From Solirubrobacteraceae bacterium (lineage in GTDB: Bacteria > Actinomycetota > Thermoleophilia > Solirubrobacterales > Solirubrobacteraceae), in NCBI GenBank assembly GCA_036494115.1, contig DASXOS010000084.1:11232-75231 (forward strand): DNA of 64,000 nt, written 5' to 3'. Numbering within the stretch: position 1 is the stretch's first letter; the number at the start of each line of letters is the position of its first letter. The position numbers and the translations under genes were made by a program. The notes under the pieces are model-generated. The model did no database searches and was not told where the DNA came from. It saw only the letters and a program-made list of their open reading frames with translations. Below are positions 50,943-60,877 of the stretch, piece after piece.

Positions 50943-53900
50943 TCAAGCCGCGACGTCCTCGCGCGGCAACCGCCGCGAGATCACCTTGGAGATGCCATCG
51001 GCACCCATCGAGACGCCGTACAGGGAATCGGCGGCCTCCATGGTGCGCTTCTGATGGGTGACGACGATGAACTGAGCCCGGGTCGCGTACTGACGCAGCA
51101 GGGACAGGAAGCGGTCGATGTTGAGATCGTCGAGCGCGGCCTCGACCTCGTCGAGGATGTAGAACGGGCACGGCCGGGCCAGGAACACCGAGAACAGGAA
51201 CGCCAGCGCGGTCATTGACTTCTCGCCGCCGGAGAGCAACGTTAGCCGCTTCATCTCCTTGCCGGCCGGGGTGATCTCGATCTCGACCCCGTGGAGGTCC
51301 TCCTCCGTCGGCTCGTCGGTCGCCGCGTCGGACGCCTCGCCCCCGTCGGCAGCTCCGTCGGCATCGTCCTCGGGCGGGGCCTGACCGCCGAGCACCCGCT
51401 CGGGCCCGTCTCGCTCGGCGACGAGCCGCAACCGGCCGCGGCCGCCCGGAAACAGCTGCGCCGAGATCTCCTCGAAGTTCTTCGCCGCGGCCTCGAAGGT
51501 CTGCTCGAACGTCTCCCGGATCTGCTTGTCGGTGTCCGAGATCAACTGCTCGAGCTCGCGCAGAGCCGTCTCCAGGTCCTCGCGCTGGGTCTCGAGCTCC
51601 TCGACATGCGCGAGCGCCTCGGCATATTCCTCCTGGGCTAAGGGGTTGACCGGCCCCAGCTGCTCCCGGCGGCGGGCCAGGCGCTCCAGGCGCGTGCGCA
51701 GCGCCTCGCGCTCCTCCTCGCCGAGCGGTTCGTCGCCCCGAGCGGCCTCGAGCTCGAGCCGCGCCGCGAGCTCGCGGACCTCGGTCTCGGTGTCCGCGAG
51801 CTGGTCGCGCGCTCGCTGCAGCCTCACCTCCGCCTCGGTCAACGCCTCGTTCTCGCGGTGGAGCTGGGTGTGGAGCCCGGCCTCCTGCTGGGCGCACTGC
51901 CGGAGCTCGGCGGCGACGTGCTCGCCTGCCTCCCGGTCGGCAGCGAGCGTGGCCTCAAACATCTCTCGACGGGCCGCGATCGCTTCGGCGGCCCGCTCGA
52001 GCGCGCCGATGACGCCGGAGACGGGCCCGGTGAGCTGCTCGTCGCGGGAAACCGACGCCGCCAGCCGCTCGATCCTCGCCTGGCGCTCGCGACGATCGCG
52101 CTCCGCGCGGTCGATGGCGGCGCGCTCGGCGGAGAGCTCTGCCGCCAACTGTGCCCGGCGGCCGGCATTCGGTCCATCGTCGGGCGCGTTGCGACGGCGC
52201 TCGATCTGGGCCGCGATCCGCCGCTGCACCTCCATAGCCTCGTCACGCGCGCGGACCGCGGCGCGATGAGCGGTGATCGCCTCGTCGCGTTCGGCCTCCT
52301 GCTCGGACAGGCCGGCCGTGGCTTGCTTAAGCGCGCGGCCCGCCGACAGCTCGGCGCCCGCGGCGGCTTCGCTCGCCTTGACCAGCTGATCGCGCCGGTT
52401 GCGCTCCGCGAGGACCCGCTCCTCGCCGGCCGCCGGGGCCTGGCGCAGCTCGCGAGTGTGGGCCGACCACACCCGGCCGGTCCGCGTCACGGCGACCCCC
52501 GCAAAGGCCGGGGCCAGCGCTTCGAGCGACTCGACCAGCCAGGCTCCCTGCAGCAGCGCGCGGGCCAGCCCGAGCGCCGGCTCCGGGCCCCGGATGTGAT
52601 CGGCAAGCCGCTCCGCGGCGCCGCCCGGTGACTCAGGGGGCCCTCCCGGCGACTCAGGGGGTATGAGGGCGCCCGGTTGCGCGAGGGCAATCAGGGCACG
52701 ACCGCCGTCGGCACCGGCCCGGTCGAGCAGGCCGCCGGCGGTATCCAGATCCGGCACGACAGCGGCCCGCAGGCGCCCGTCGAGCGCGGCGGCCACGGCC
52801 AGCTCGTAGCCGGGGTCGACCTCGAGCTCGTCCGACAGCGCGCTGGCGGCGCCGGGCACGGCGGCCTGGCTGCGCAGGAACTGGTTGACCGCGGCGAGCT
52901 CGCCGCCCACCCGAGCCGCCTCGCGCCTGGCCGCTTCGACGCCGCGCTCGGCCTCCCGCACTGCCCCGCGACCCAGCTCGAGCGCATCCTCGGCCTGACG
53001 TCGCTGCTCGGCGCTGCCCTCGACATCCGCACCCAGCGCCACCGCGCGCTCGTGAGCCGCCGACAGTTCCTGCTCGAGCTCCGCCAGCTGGCGACGGAGC
53101 TCCGCTTCCCGGTCCCGGTCGAGCGCGTCGATCTCGGTCTGCAGCTTGGTGATCCGGCTCTCGGCCTCGGGGTCGGGGGTGTCGCGGGCGGCCTCTGTAT
53201 GCAGCGACTCGAGTGCGGCTCGCCCGCGGGTCAGGCGCGCCTCGAGGCTGGCCGCCGCCGCGCGGACGGCATCGGCGCGGTAGCCAACGCGCTCGCCCGC
53301 GGACTGGGCGATGAAGCAGCGGCGGGACAGCTCCTCGCGCTGGGCGCTGCGCTGTGCGAGCGCCTCCTCGGCCTTCTCGCGACGCCTGGCCACCTCTTGG
53401 AGCTGCTGTTCGAGTTGCTGGCGCCGGGCGCGCCCCTCGGCCGCCGCCCGCTCGGCCTCGGTCAGCGCGAGGCCCCGGGCACGCAGGTCGTCGCGGGCGA
53501 GCTCCCAGCGAGCCTCGACCGCCTGGCGCTCGATGCGCGCGTGAAGCTCGGCGGCCTCGGCCTGGCGCTTGAGCGGGCGCAGCCGCGAGCGGGCCTCGCG
53601 CTCGACGTCGAGCGCCCGGTCGAGATTGTCCTGGGTGCGGGCCAGCTTCAACTGCGCGCGGCGCCGGCGCTTGCGGTGCTTGCCGAGGCCGGCGGCTTCC
53701 TCGATCAGCATGCGCCGGTCGCGTGGCTTGGAGGTCACGATCGACTCCACCCGGCCCTGGGAGATCACCGAGTGCATCTCCTTACCGAGCCCGGTGTCGG
53801 ACAGCACTTCGATCACGTCGACCAGGCGGCACCGCGCCCCGGCGAGCCGGTATTCGCCGTCGCCCGAGCGGTCGAGGCGACGCACGATCGACACCTCCGA

Positions 53901-54185
53901 GGTCCCGAGCCCGAGGGTGCCCTCGCTGTCGTCGAGCACGAGCTCGACCTCGGCGCCTCGGCCGGCCTGCCGCCCTGGGGTGCCTCCGAAGATCACGTCC
54001 TGCATCGACTGGCCGCGCACGGCGAGCGGCGACTGCTCGCCGAGCGCCCACAGCACCGCGTCGGTGACGTTCGACTTGCCCGAGCCGTTCGGCCCCACGA
54101 TCACGCTGACGCCCGGCCCGAACTCGAGGCGGGTGCGGTCGGGGAAGGACTTGAAGCCCTTGAGCGCGATCGACTTCAGGTACAC
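50943..54185 (-). CDS. smc: Chromosome segregation protein SMC
   Basis: GFKSF, VGPNGSGKSN, coiled coils, LSGGEK, ILDEVEAALD. Confidence 0.95.
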   Translation of the reverse strand: MYLKSIALKGFKSFPDRTRLEFGPGVSVIVGPNGSGKSNVTDAVLWALGEQSPLAVRGQSMQDVIFGGTPGRQAGRGAEVELVLDDSEGTLGLGTSEVSIVRRLDRSGDGEYRLAGARCRLVDVIEVLSDTGLGKEMHSVISQGRVESIVTSKPRDRRMLIEEAAGLGKHRKRRRRAQLKLARTQDNLDRALDVEREARSRLRPLKRQAEAAELHARIERQAVEARWELARDDLRARGLALTEAERAAAEGRARRQQLEQQLQEVARRREKAEEALAQRSAQREELSRRCFIAQSAGERVGYRADAVRAAAASLEARLTRGRAALESLHTEAARDTPDPEAESRITKLQTEIDALDRDREAELRRQLAELEQELSAAHERAVALGADVEGSAEQRRQAEDALELGRGAVREAERGVEAARREAARVGGELAAVNQFLRSQAAVPGAASALSDELEVDPGYELAVAAALDGRLRAAVVPDLDTAGGLLDRAGADGGRALIALAQPGALIPPESPGGPPESPGGAAERLADHIRGPEPALGLARALLQGAWLVESLEALAPAFAGVAVTRTGRVWSAHTRELRQAPAAGEERVLAERNRRDQLVKASEAAAGAELSAGRALKQATAGLSEQEAERDEAITAHRAAVRARDEAMEVQRRIAAQIERRRNAPDDGPNAGRRAQLAAELSAERAAIDRAERDRRERQARIERLAASVSRDEQLTGPVSGVIGALERAAEAIAARREMFEATLAADREAGEHVAAELRQCAQQEAGLHTQLHRENEALTEAEVRLQRARDQLADTETEVRELAARLELEAARGDEPLGEEEREALRTRLERLARRREQLGPVNPLAQEEYAEALAHVEELETQREDLETALRELEQLISDTDKQIRETFEQTFEAAAKNFEEISAQLFPGGRGRLRLVAERDGPERVLGGQAPPEDDADGAADGGEASDAATDEPTEEDLHGVEIEITPAGKEMKRLTLLSGGEKSMTALAFLFSVFLARPCPFYILDEVEAALDDLNIDRFLSLLRQYATRAQFIVVTHQKRTMEAADSLYGVSMGADGISKVISRRLPREDVAA

Positions 54186-54207
54186 AGCGGGCCTCCCGGG
54201 TCAGCGG

Positions 54208-54924
54208 TCAGTCGCCCAGCGCCTCGAGCGCGGCCTGCGCGGCCTCCTGCTCGGCGTCCTTCTTGCTCCGCCCGCTCCCGCGGGAGATCTCGACCCCTTC
54301 GATCCGGGCGCTGATCGAGAACGTGCGGTCGTGCGGGGGTCCCTGCTCGCCGACCACCTCGTAGCTGACGAGCTCGCCACGGCGGGCCAGGCGCTCCTGC
54401 AGCGCCGATTTGAAGTCCACGGGATGCTCGAGCGCCTCCTCGATCTCCGGCATGAACGCCTCGACCACCGCCTCGGCGGTGGCTTCGTACCCGAACGCGA
54501 GATAGCAGGCCCCGATCACCGCCTCGATCACCGACGCCAGCACGCGCTCCGTCGAGACCAGCGCGTCGACCGTCGTGGCCGCCGACGGTGGCGAAGCCGT
54601 CCGGAGGCGCTCCGGGATTCCCAGCCGCTCGGCCACGTCCCGGCAGGACCGGCCCGAGACGGCCTGCGCCCGGATCTTGGTCATGCTCCCCGCCCCATAG
54701 CGCTGCGGGTCGAGCCGCGGATACAGGTGCGTCGTGACCGCCAGGGCGAGCACGCTGTCGCCGAGAAAGGCCAGGCGCTCGTAGGAGTCCGAGCGCCTCG
54801 AGGTCCAGGAGGAGTGGGTGACTGCGTTGCGCGCCAAGTCGTCCGGCAGCCGGGCCAACAGGTCCGCGAGCGCCGCCCCAGCATGGCCGCGGCGTTCGCT
54901 CGGTCCCTTGCGGTGGGTGGTCAC
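54208..54924 (-). CDS. rnc: Ribonuclease III
   Basis: ERLAFLGDSVL, dsRBD DFKSALQE...SKKDAEQEAA. Confidence 0.95.
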   Translation of the reverse strand: MTTHRKGPSERRGHAGAALADLLARLPDDLARNAVTHSSWTSRRSDSYERLAFLGDSVLALAVTTHLYPRLDPQRYGAGSMTKIRAQAVSGRSCRDVAERLGIPERLRTASPPSAATTVDALVSTERVLASVIEAVIGACYLAFGYEATAEAVVEAFMPEIEEALEHPVDFKSALQERLARRGELVSYEVVGEQGPPHDRTFSISARIEGVEISRGSGRSKKDAEQEAAQAALEALGD

Positions 54925-55202
54925 TCAGGGTCAGGGCTATGGCTCGCAGCAGCCGACGGTTGAACGCCGCTCGCGAGCACGAATTCGACCGCCTGGCCGA
55001 CCGTCAGGATCCGGGCCGCCTCCTCGTCGGAGATCTTCACCCCGTAGCTGTCCTCGAGCTCCTGGACAAGGGTGTAGAGATCGAGGGAGTCGGCTTCCAG
55101 GTCCTCCTTGAAGCGCGTGGACTCCTGGATCGTGTCCGGATCCAGCTCCAGCTCGTCGGCCAGATGGGCGCGGATCAGCTCGAAGACCTGCTCGCGATTC
55201 AT
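54921..55202 (-). CDS. acpP: Acyl carrier protein
   Basis: FKEDLEADSLDL phosphopantetheine motif. Confidence 0.93.
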   Translation of the reverse strand: MNREQVFELIRAHLADELELDPDTIQESTRFKEDLEADSLDLYTLVQELEDSYGVKISDEEAARILTVGQAVEFVLASGVQPSAAASHSPDPE

Positions 55203-56254
55203 CGGCCAGACACCGTAGCCGTGGGCTCGGACGGGGAGTTGTCCTCGGCGTCCGCGGAGCGGGAGCGCAGCGCGCCGGCCTCCACCAGGGCGGTGCGGGT
55301 GCGGGCGATCACGTCCTCCTGCACGCCGCGGGCCGCGACCTCGATCGCGCGGGCGAAGCCACGCCGGGTGAAGCGGCCGTGCGCGACCACGCCGAGGCGG
55401 CGCAGACCGAGCATGTAGGCGCCACCGGGAGTCTCGGGGTCGATCTCCGCGCGCAGCGCTCGGATCGCAGGGGCCAGCAGCCAACCCCCAACCTTGCCGC
55501 GGGCTGAGCTCATCGCGGCGTCCCTGATCGCACGCATCGTCCGGCCCGAGACGCCTTCGATCAGCTTCAGCGTGATGTTGCCTGTGAACCCGTCCATCAC
55601 GACCACGTCAGCGACGCCGTCGGTGACCTGGGTGCCCTCGATGTTGCCGACGAAGTTCAGCCCGGTGCCGCCGGTCCCCATCAGCTGCTCGTGGACGGAC
55701 ACGAGCTCGGGCGTCCCCTTGGCGGGCTCCTCGCCGTTCGACAGGAGCGCCACCCGCGGCGAGGCGATCCCCATCACCGCCTGCGCGAACCCCGACCCCA
55801 TGTGCGCGAACTGGACAAGGTGCTCAGGCCGGCAAGTGACGTTGGCGCCGACGTCGAGCAGCAGCACCGGTGCAGCGCCGGGCATCGGCACCGGCAAGGC
55901 GAGAGCCGGGCGGTAGATGCCGCGGTCGCGGCGAAGGTTGAACAGGCCGGCCGCGAGCGCCGAGCCGGTCGAGCCGCCGGACACGAGCGCCTGCGCGCGG
56001 TCGTCCGCCACGGCTTTGGCGGCCTGCACGATCGAGGCCTCAGGAGTGGAGCGCACGGCGAATGCCGGATCGGTCGCCTTCGCGATCGAGACCGGCGCGT
56101 CGACGACCTCGACGCCGGCGGGCACCGGGCCGATGTCCGCGGCGGGTCCGAACAGGAGCACGCCGATCCCTTGCGCAGCGGCCTGCGCCGCGCCCTCGGC
56201 GACCTCTCGGGGACCGAGATCGGCCCCGCCCGCGTCAACCGCGACGGTGATCAT
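55199..56254 (-). CDS. plsX: Phosphate acyltransferase PlsX
   Basis: VAVDAGGAD, RPALA, LDVGAN, GNIEG, DGFTGN. Confidence 0.93.
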   Translation of the reverse strand: MITVAVDAGGADLGPREVAEGAAQAAAQGIGVLLFGPAADIGPVPAGVEVVDAPVSIAKATDPAFAVRSTPEASIVQAAKAVADDRAQALVSGGSTGSALAAGLFNLRRDRGIYRPALALPVPMPGAAPVLLLDVGANVTCRPEHLVQFAHMGSGFAQAVMGIASPRVALLSNGEEPAKGTPELVSVHEQLMGTGGTGLNFVGNIEGTQVTDGVADVVVMDGFTGNITLKLIEGVSGRTMRAIRDAAMSSARGKVGGWLLAPAIRALRAEIDPETPGGAYMLGLRRLGVVAHGRFTRRGFARAIEVAARGVQEDVIARTRTALVEAGALRSRSADAEDNSPSEPTATVSGR

Positions 56255-56265
56255 CGGCGCGGCTG

Positions 56266-56460
56266 TCAGAGGGTGGGCTCGTCAGCGGGCGCGGTGACCA
56301 CTTCGCGGCCCTTGTAGCTCCCGCACACCGGGCAAACACGATGCGGCAGACGGGGGCTGTGGCACTGGGGGCACTCGTTGTAGGTCGGCGCAGCGATCTT
56401 GTGCTGCGAGCGGCGCTGAGTCGTACGGGCGTGTGACTGCTTCTGCTTAGGGACGGCCAT
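56266..56460 (-). CDS. rpmF: 50S ribosomal protein L32
   Basis: MAVPKQK, CPQC...HRVCPVCG. Confidence 0.96.
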   Translation of the reverse strand: MAVPKQKQSHARTTQRRSQHKIAAPTYNECPQCHSPRLPHRVCPVCGSYKGREVVTAPADEPTL

Positions 56461-56471
56461 GCGGCATCAGG

Positions 56472-56990
56472 TTAGTCGAAACGAAGCTCGGAAAGCTTGG
56501 CCCAGCGCGGATCCGGCCCGGTTTCGTGACCATGCTCCGACCCGGCCTCGTTGAGGTTGGCGCCGCACACCGGGCACAGGCCCGCGCACTCGGCACGGCA
56601 CAGGACGGTCGCCGGTAGCGCCAGCGCGAGCGCGTCGCGGGCCCACGCATGCACGTCGAGCACGCCGGCCACGACGTAGGGCGAGCTCAGCTCCTCTCCC
56701 TCCCCCGGCTGGGAGACCTCGCGCGCGTCGACGCTGAAGGCCGGCGCCGCGGGCTCGAGGCACCGCATGCACGGCCCGTCCAGCGCCGCGTCGAAGCGGA
56801 GGCGCAGCGCGTAGCCGTCGCCGGTAGTGCGGGAGACGTCGAGGCGGGCAGGCACCAGCAACGGGACAACGGAGTAGCGCTCGCCCCCCAGCATGAACGG
56901 GTCGAACGCCACGCCCAGATCGAGCCGACGACCCTCCCCGGCGCTGAGTCGCAGCCCCCCGAGGTCGAACGTGTCGGTCCGGAGGGACAT
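56472..56990 (-). CDS. yceD: DUF177 / YceD family protein
   Basis: CMRCL and LCRAECAGLCPVCG...DPRWAKL; upstream of rpmF. Confidence 0.9.
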   Translation of the reverse strand: MSLRTDTFDLGGLRLSAGEGRRLDLGVAFDPFMLGGERYSVVPLLVPARLDVSRTTGDGYALRLRFDAALDGPCMRCLEPAAPAFSVDAREVSQPGEGEELSSPYVVAGVLDVHAWARDALALALPATVLCRAECAGLCPVCGANLNEAGSEHGHETGPDPRWAKLSELRFD

Positions 56991-57032
56991 CGATGTCCAG
57001 CTTAGCGACGGCAGTGACTGCAAATTCGAGGG

Positions 57033-57560
57033 GTGGCGGGGGGCCACGGTGCATATCCTCAGACCATCTCCACGTGGTTTCGCACCTACGGCTTCGCCGA
57101 CCTCGATGACACACTGACGATCGGCGCGTATCCGCTCGACTCCGACGATGTCGCAGCACTGCAACGAGTCGGGATCGAGCGGGTGGTGAACCTCGTGGAG
57201 GACGAGGAGTACGCCCCGGGCCAGCGCGACGAGGTCGTGGAGGCCTACCGTCGCGCGGGCATCGAGGAGGCCCGGCTCGAGCTCGTCGACTACGGGGGAC
57301 TGCAAGGCGACCAACTCGATGCCGCCGTGCGGACGGTGTCCGATGCCCTCGACCACGGCGCCCGCACCTACCTGCACTGCCGCGCCGGCTGGCAACGCTC
57401 GGCGGCGGTGGCGGCGGGAGTAATCGCAGCGCGGCGCGGGATCGACATCGACGACGCGCTGGCGCAGGTGCAGCAGATGAAGCCGAGCGCCGATCCCCTG
57501 CCCCACCAGCGCGAAGACCTCAGGCGGTGGTGGGAGGGCCGGCAGGCCCGGGCGAACTAG
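57033..57560 (+). CDS. Dual-specificity protein phosphatase family protein (start uncertain)
   Basis: HCRAGWQRS = HCxxGxxR P-loop. Confidence 0.85.
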   Translation: MAGGHGAYPQTISTWFRTYGFADLDDTLTIGAYPLDSDDVAALQRVGIERVVNLVEDEEYAPGQRDEVVEAYRRAGIEEARLELVDYGGLQGDQLDAAVRTVSDALDHGARTYLHCRAGWQRSAAVAAGVIAARRGIDIDDALAQVQQMKPSADPLPHQREDLRRWWEGRQARAN

Positions 57561-57576
57561 TGGCCCACTAGGCGGG

Positions 57577-58926
57577 CTACTCCGCCGCGCGCAGACGCAT
57601 CGCGGTGAGCTGTCCCTGCTCGGGCTTCGGGCGCTCCTGGGGGGCCGTGTTGGGGGCCGTGTCGTCACCGACGTGAACCGAGCGAGCGCTGAGCGAAACC
57701 TGCTCGATCTCCGGGATCTCACGGTCCGCCGCCACCGCGCCGTGCTCGGCGAACCGGCGCGCGCCCGGAATGACCCGCGCCTCGTAGGAGCCGACGGTCT
57801 CGTTGTAGGCGGCCACGGCGCTGTTCAGACGCTTGCCGAGGGTCTGCATGAGGCCTGAGAGCTTGACCAGCCGAGCGTGAAGCTCGCGGCCGAGGATCGA
57901 GATCTCCCGCGCCGACTCGGCGACGCGCTCCTGTTGCCAGCCGTACGCCACCGAGTGGAGCATGGTCAGCAGGATCGTGGGCGTCGCGATCATGACGTGC
58001 CGCGCCATCGCGTCCTGCATCAGCGTGGGGTCGGCCTCGAGCGCGGAGCTGTACAGGTGCTCTCCCGGGAGGAACATCACGACCAGGTCGGGCGCCGAGT
58101 CGAGACCCGCCCAGTACGCCTTGTCCCCGAGCTGCTTGACGTGCTTGCGCAGCAGCCGGGCGTGGTCGCGCAGATGGCGCATCCGCTCTTCCTCGTCGCG
58201 CGCCTCGTAGGCATCGAGCACGCCCTGCAGCGGGGCCTTGGCATCGACGATCACGTGCTTGCCCCCCGGCATGCTGATGATCAGATCGGGCCGCAGCGTT
58301 GTCTCGTCGCCGGCGATCGCGCCCTGCTCCTGGAAGTCGCAGTGACGCACCATGCCGGCCTGCTCCACCACGTTGCGCAGCTGCATCTGGCCCCATTGCC
58401 CGCGTGTGTTCGGCTTGCGCAGAGCGGTGACCAGGGCACCCGTCTCCGTGCGCAGCTTCTCGCCGGTCTCGGCCAGTGTCCGGAGCTGGGCGTCGAGGCG
58501 CCCACGGCTCTCGCGGGTGGCCTGATCGAGCCGCACGAGCTGCGTGTCGACCCGGCCGAGCTGATCCTTGAGTGGCGCGACGAGCTGCTCGACGGCGCTC
58601 TGGCGCTTGTCGAGGTCGCCCTTGACCTGGGCCTGAGCCGTCTGCAGCTGCGCCCGCGCCATCTCGGTGAGCTGCGACATGCTCGCCTGGAGCGCTTCGG
58701 CGCTCAGCGCCTTGAACGACTCGGACATCCGGCTCTGGGCCTCGGTCACCGTGCGCAGACGCTCGCCCGCCAGCTGGCGCTCGTGCTCGAGGTCGGCCTG
58801 GGCCTTGACCAGGTCACGCTCGAGCGCGCCCGCCCGAGCCGCCTCGGCCGACAGGGAGCGCAGCCGGGCGCGCAAAGCCACCAGCGCCACCGCGGCACCG
58901 GCGAGAACCCCGATCAGTAACCACAT
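57577..58926 (-). CDS. rmuC: DNA recombination protein RmuC
   Basis: N-terminal TM, coiled coil, RGQWGQMQL, RPD, VDAKAP, MFLPGE, ATPT. Confidence 0.92.
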   Translation of the reverse strand: MWLLIGVLAGAAVALVALRARLRSLSAEAARAGALERDLVKAQADLEHERQLAGERLRTVTEAQSRMSESFKALSAEALQASMSQLTEMARAQLQTAQAQVKGDLDKRQSAVEQLVAPLKDQLGRVDTQLVRLDQATRESRGRLDAQLRTLAETGEKLRTETGALVTALRKPNTRGQWGQMQLRNVVEQAGMVRHCDFQEQGAIAGDETTLRPDLIISMPGGKHVIVDAKAPLQGVLDAYEARDEEERMRHLRDHARLLRKHVKQLGDKAYWAGLDSAPDLVVMFLPGEHLYSSALEADPTLMQDAMARHVMIATPTILLTMLHSVAYGWQQERVAESAREISILGRELHARLVKLSGLMQTLGKRLNSAVAAYNETVGSYEARVIPGARRFAEHGAVAADREIPEIEQVSLSARSVHVGDDTAPNTAPQERPKPEQGQLTAMRLRAAE

Positions 58927-58993
58927 CGCTTGCACAGCGCCCGAGGATGGCGCGGGCCGCGGACGGAACCGCGGGCTTGCAAGAATCGGTGCA

Positions 58994-59278
58994 ATGAGCG
59001 CCGACGCCGTCCGTCGCCGGGTCGTGGTTTCCGGCCATGTCCAGGGCGTTTTCTTCCGCGACTCGACGCGTGAGCGGGCCGAGGCCGAAGGGGTGGCCGG
59101 CTGGGCATGCAACCGGGGCGACGGTGCCGTCGAGGTGGTCTTGGAAGGACCGCAGGACGCGGTCGAGCGCGTGCTGGCGTTCCTGCGGGAGGGGCCGTCG
59201 CGGGCGAGTGTCGAGTCTGTCGAGGTCGTCGAGGACGGTGGCGCCGCCGAGGGTTTGTCTCGGTTCGAGATTCGGTGA
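58994..59278 (+). CDS. acyP: Acylphosphatase
   Basis: VSGHVQGVFFR, GWACNRGDGAVE. Confidence 0.93.
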   Translation: MSADAVRRRVVVSGHVQGVFFRDSTRERAEAEGVAGWACNRGDGAVEVVLEGPQDAVERVLAFLREGPSRASVESVEVVEDGGAAEGLSRFEIR

Positions 59279-59298
59279 CGAGGCAGACGGGCCCCGGG

Positions 59299-60363
59299 TC
59301 AGCTCAGCGCCAGCGGGTGGCGCTCGTAGGCCGCGGCCAGGCGGTAGAAGAGGCCGCCGTCGGTTTGAGCTGAGGTCGTCCCGTCGGCGCCACCGCCGTA
59401 CAGCAGCCCGATCACGCCGGCGCGCTGGGTGGCGCGGAGATGCGCCCGCGCCGCCGACCCCGGACCGCCGGCGAGCCACCACTGGACGCGGTTGTCGCGG
59501 AAGTGATCCCAGGTGTCGTTCAGGAACGAGTTGCCGAGCGGGAGCTGCCAGAGCACGACCGGCACCCGGACGCGGCGCACGAACGCCGAGATATAGGCGT
59601 CGTGGCGGTGGAAGTCGGCCGGTCCCCAGGCCGTCCGGGGGTTACCCTCGATCACCCGGTAGAAGCCCGCGTCGCGGTCGGTGACGTCGTTGAAGACCAG
59701 ATCGAACCGGGCGTGAAGCGAGCGATAGAAGCGGGCGGACGCCAAGCCCAACGCCCGCATGTGGGACAGCGATGGCTTGGAATAGGTCGGGTCCTCCCCC
59801 GTCCCCCACTCGCTCAGGTGCCAGGCCAACCGCACCCGCGGCGCCAGCCGGTGGCGCAGCGAGATCAACCGCGCAGCGAACCGGCGCGCCAGCGGAACCG
59901 CATGAGCCTGTTCGAGATACCCCCACAGATCCGGCTCGACGTGGACGACGACCAGATGCCGTCCGGCGGCCGCGCGCACACGCCGTAGAAGCAGCGAGTA
60001 GTCCTTCCAGTACGCGCTCATCGTTGTCCGATTACGAAGGTTCGAGAGATCCTTGTGCAGCTCGTCCCCACCGACGGCGGGCGTGGACTGGAGCAGCTGG
60101 TAGTACGTGAACACCGGGATCATGTGGGCCGCGATCGACTCGCGCACGTACATCGAGACGAACGTGCCGTTCGGGTTCCAGGTCGACCAGCCCTCGCCGG
60201 TGTTGACGCCGCCGGACAGGTACTGGTAGCGCGCGTCCAGCGGCGCGTGCGCTCGCAGCGCCGGCGCGTCGCCCGGCGAGTCGCTCACGCCGAGCAGCAG
60301 ATGGTGCGGCCATCCGAGCGGGATGACCGCCAACGACACAACCACCGACGCGAAGCGCCGCAC
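59299..60363 (-). CDS. Putative secreted glycoside hydrolase-like protein
   Basis: Signal-peptide-like N-terminus; aromatic-rich RYQYL.GG...W..W, VHVEPDLWGY, DVTDRDAG, LWQLP. Confidence 0.6.
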   Translation of the reverse strand: MRRFASVVVSLAVIPLGWPHHLLLGVSDSPGDAPALRAHAPLDARYQYLSGGVNTGEGWSTWNPNGTFVSMYVRESIAAHMIPVFTYYQLLQSTPAVGGDELHKDLSNLRNRTTMSAYWKDYSLLLRRVRAAAGRHLVVVHVEPDLWGYLEQAHAVPLARRFAARLISLRHRLAPRVRLAWHLSEWGTGEDPTYSKPSLSHMRALGLASARFYRSLHARFDLVFNDVTDRDAGFYRVIEGNPRTAWGPADFHRHDAYISAFVRRVRVPVVLWQLPLGNSFLNDTWDHFRDNRVQWWLAGGPGSAARAHLRATQRAGVIGLLYGGGADGTTSAQTDGGLFYRLAAAYERHPLALS

Positions 60364-60369
60364 GAGAAC

Positions 60370-60870
60370 CTAATCGGCGGATTCGAGTGCGCGCTCAAAC
60401 GCGGAGCGCGCCTCGGAGCCCCGCACCGCGAACACGACCCGCTCCAGCGCGCTCCCGGACGACAACGCTCGCCGCACCTCTTCGACCTCGATCGACGCGG
60501 CCTCATCCACGGGGAAACCGCCCACCCCGGTCCCGAACGCGACCAGCGCCAGCGATCGGGCGCCCAGGCGGTCCGCCAGCTCGAGCGTCGATGCCGTGGC
60601 ACGACGAATGATGTCTGCCGACGTCGGCCCGCCCAGCTCCATCGTCGCGGCGTGGATCACCCACCGGCAGGGCATGTCGCCACCCGAGGTCTCGATCGCC
60701 TCCCCCAGGCCGATCGGCGCCGCCTCGCGGCTCTCCGAATCGATCGCCGGACCGCCGGCACGAGAGATCGCGCCCGCCACGCCGCCACCGTGAAGCAGCT
60801 GGGTGTTTGCCGCATTGGCGATGGCATCCACCTCGAGCGAGGTGATGTCGGTCTCCAGGACTTCGATCAA
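60370..60870 (-). CDS. Macro domain (ADP-ribose binding/hydrolase) protein
   Basis: DIT...DAIANAAN..LLHGGGVAGAI, AFGTGVGGF. Confidence 0.92.
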   Translation of the reverse strand: MIEVLETDITSLEVDAIANAANTQLLHGGGVAGAISRAGGPAIDSESREAAPIGLGEAIETSGGDMPCRWVIHAATMELGGPTSADIIRRATASTLELADRLGARSLALVAFGTGVGGFPVDEAASIEVEEVRRALSSGSALERVVFAVRGSEARSAFERALESAD

Positions 60871-60877
60871 GGAACTG

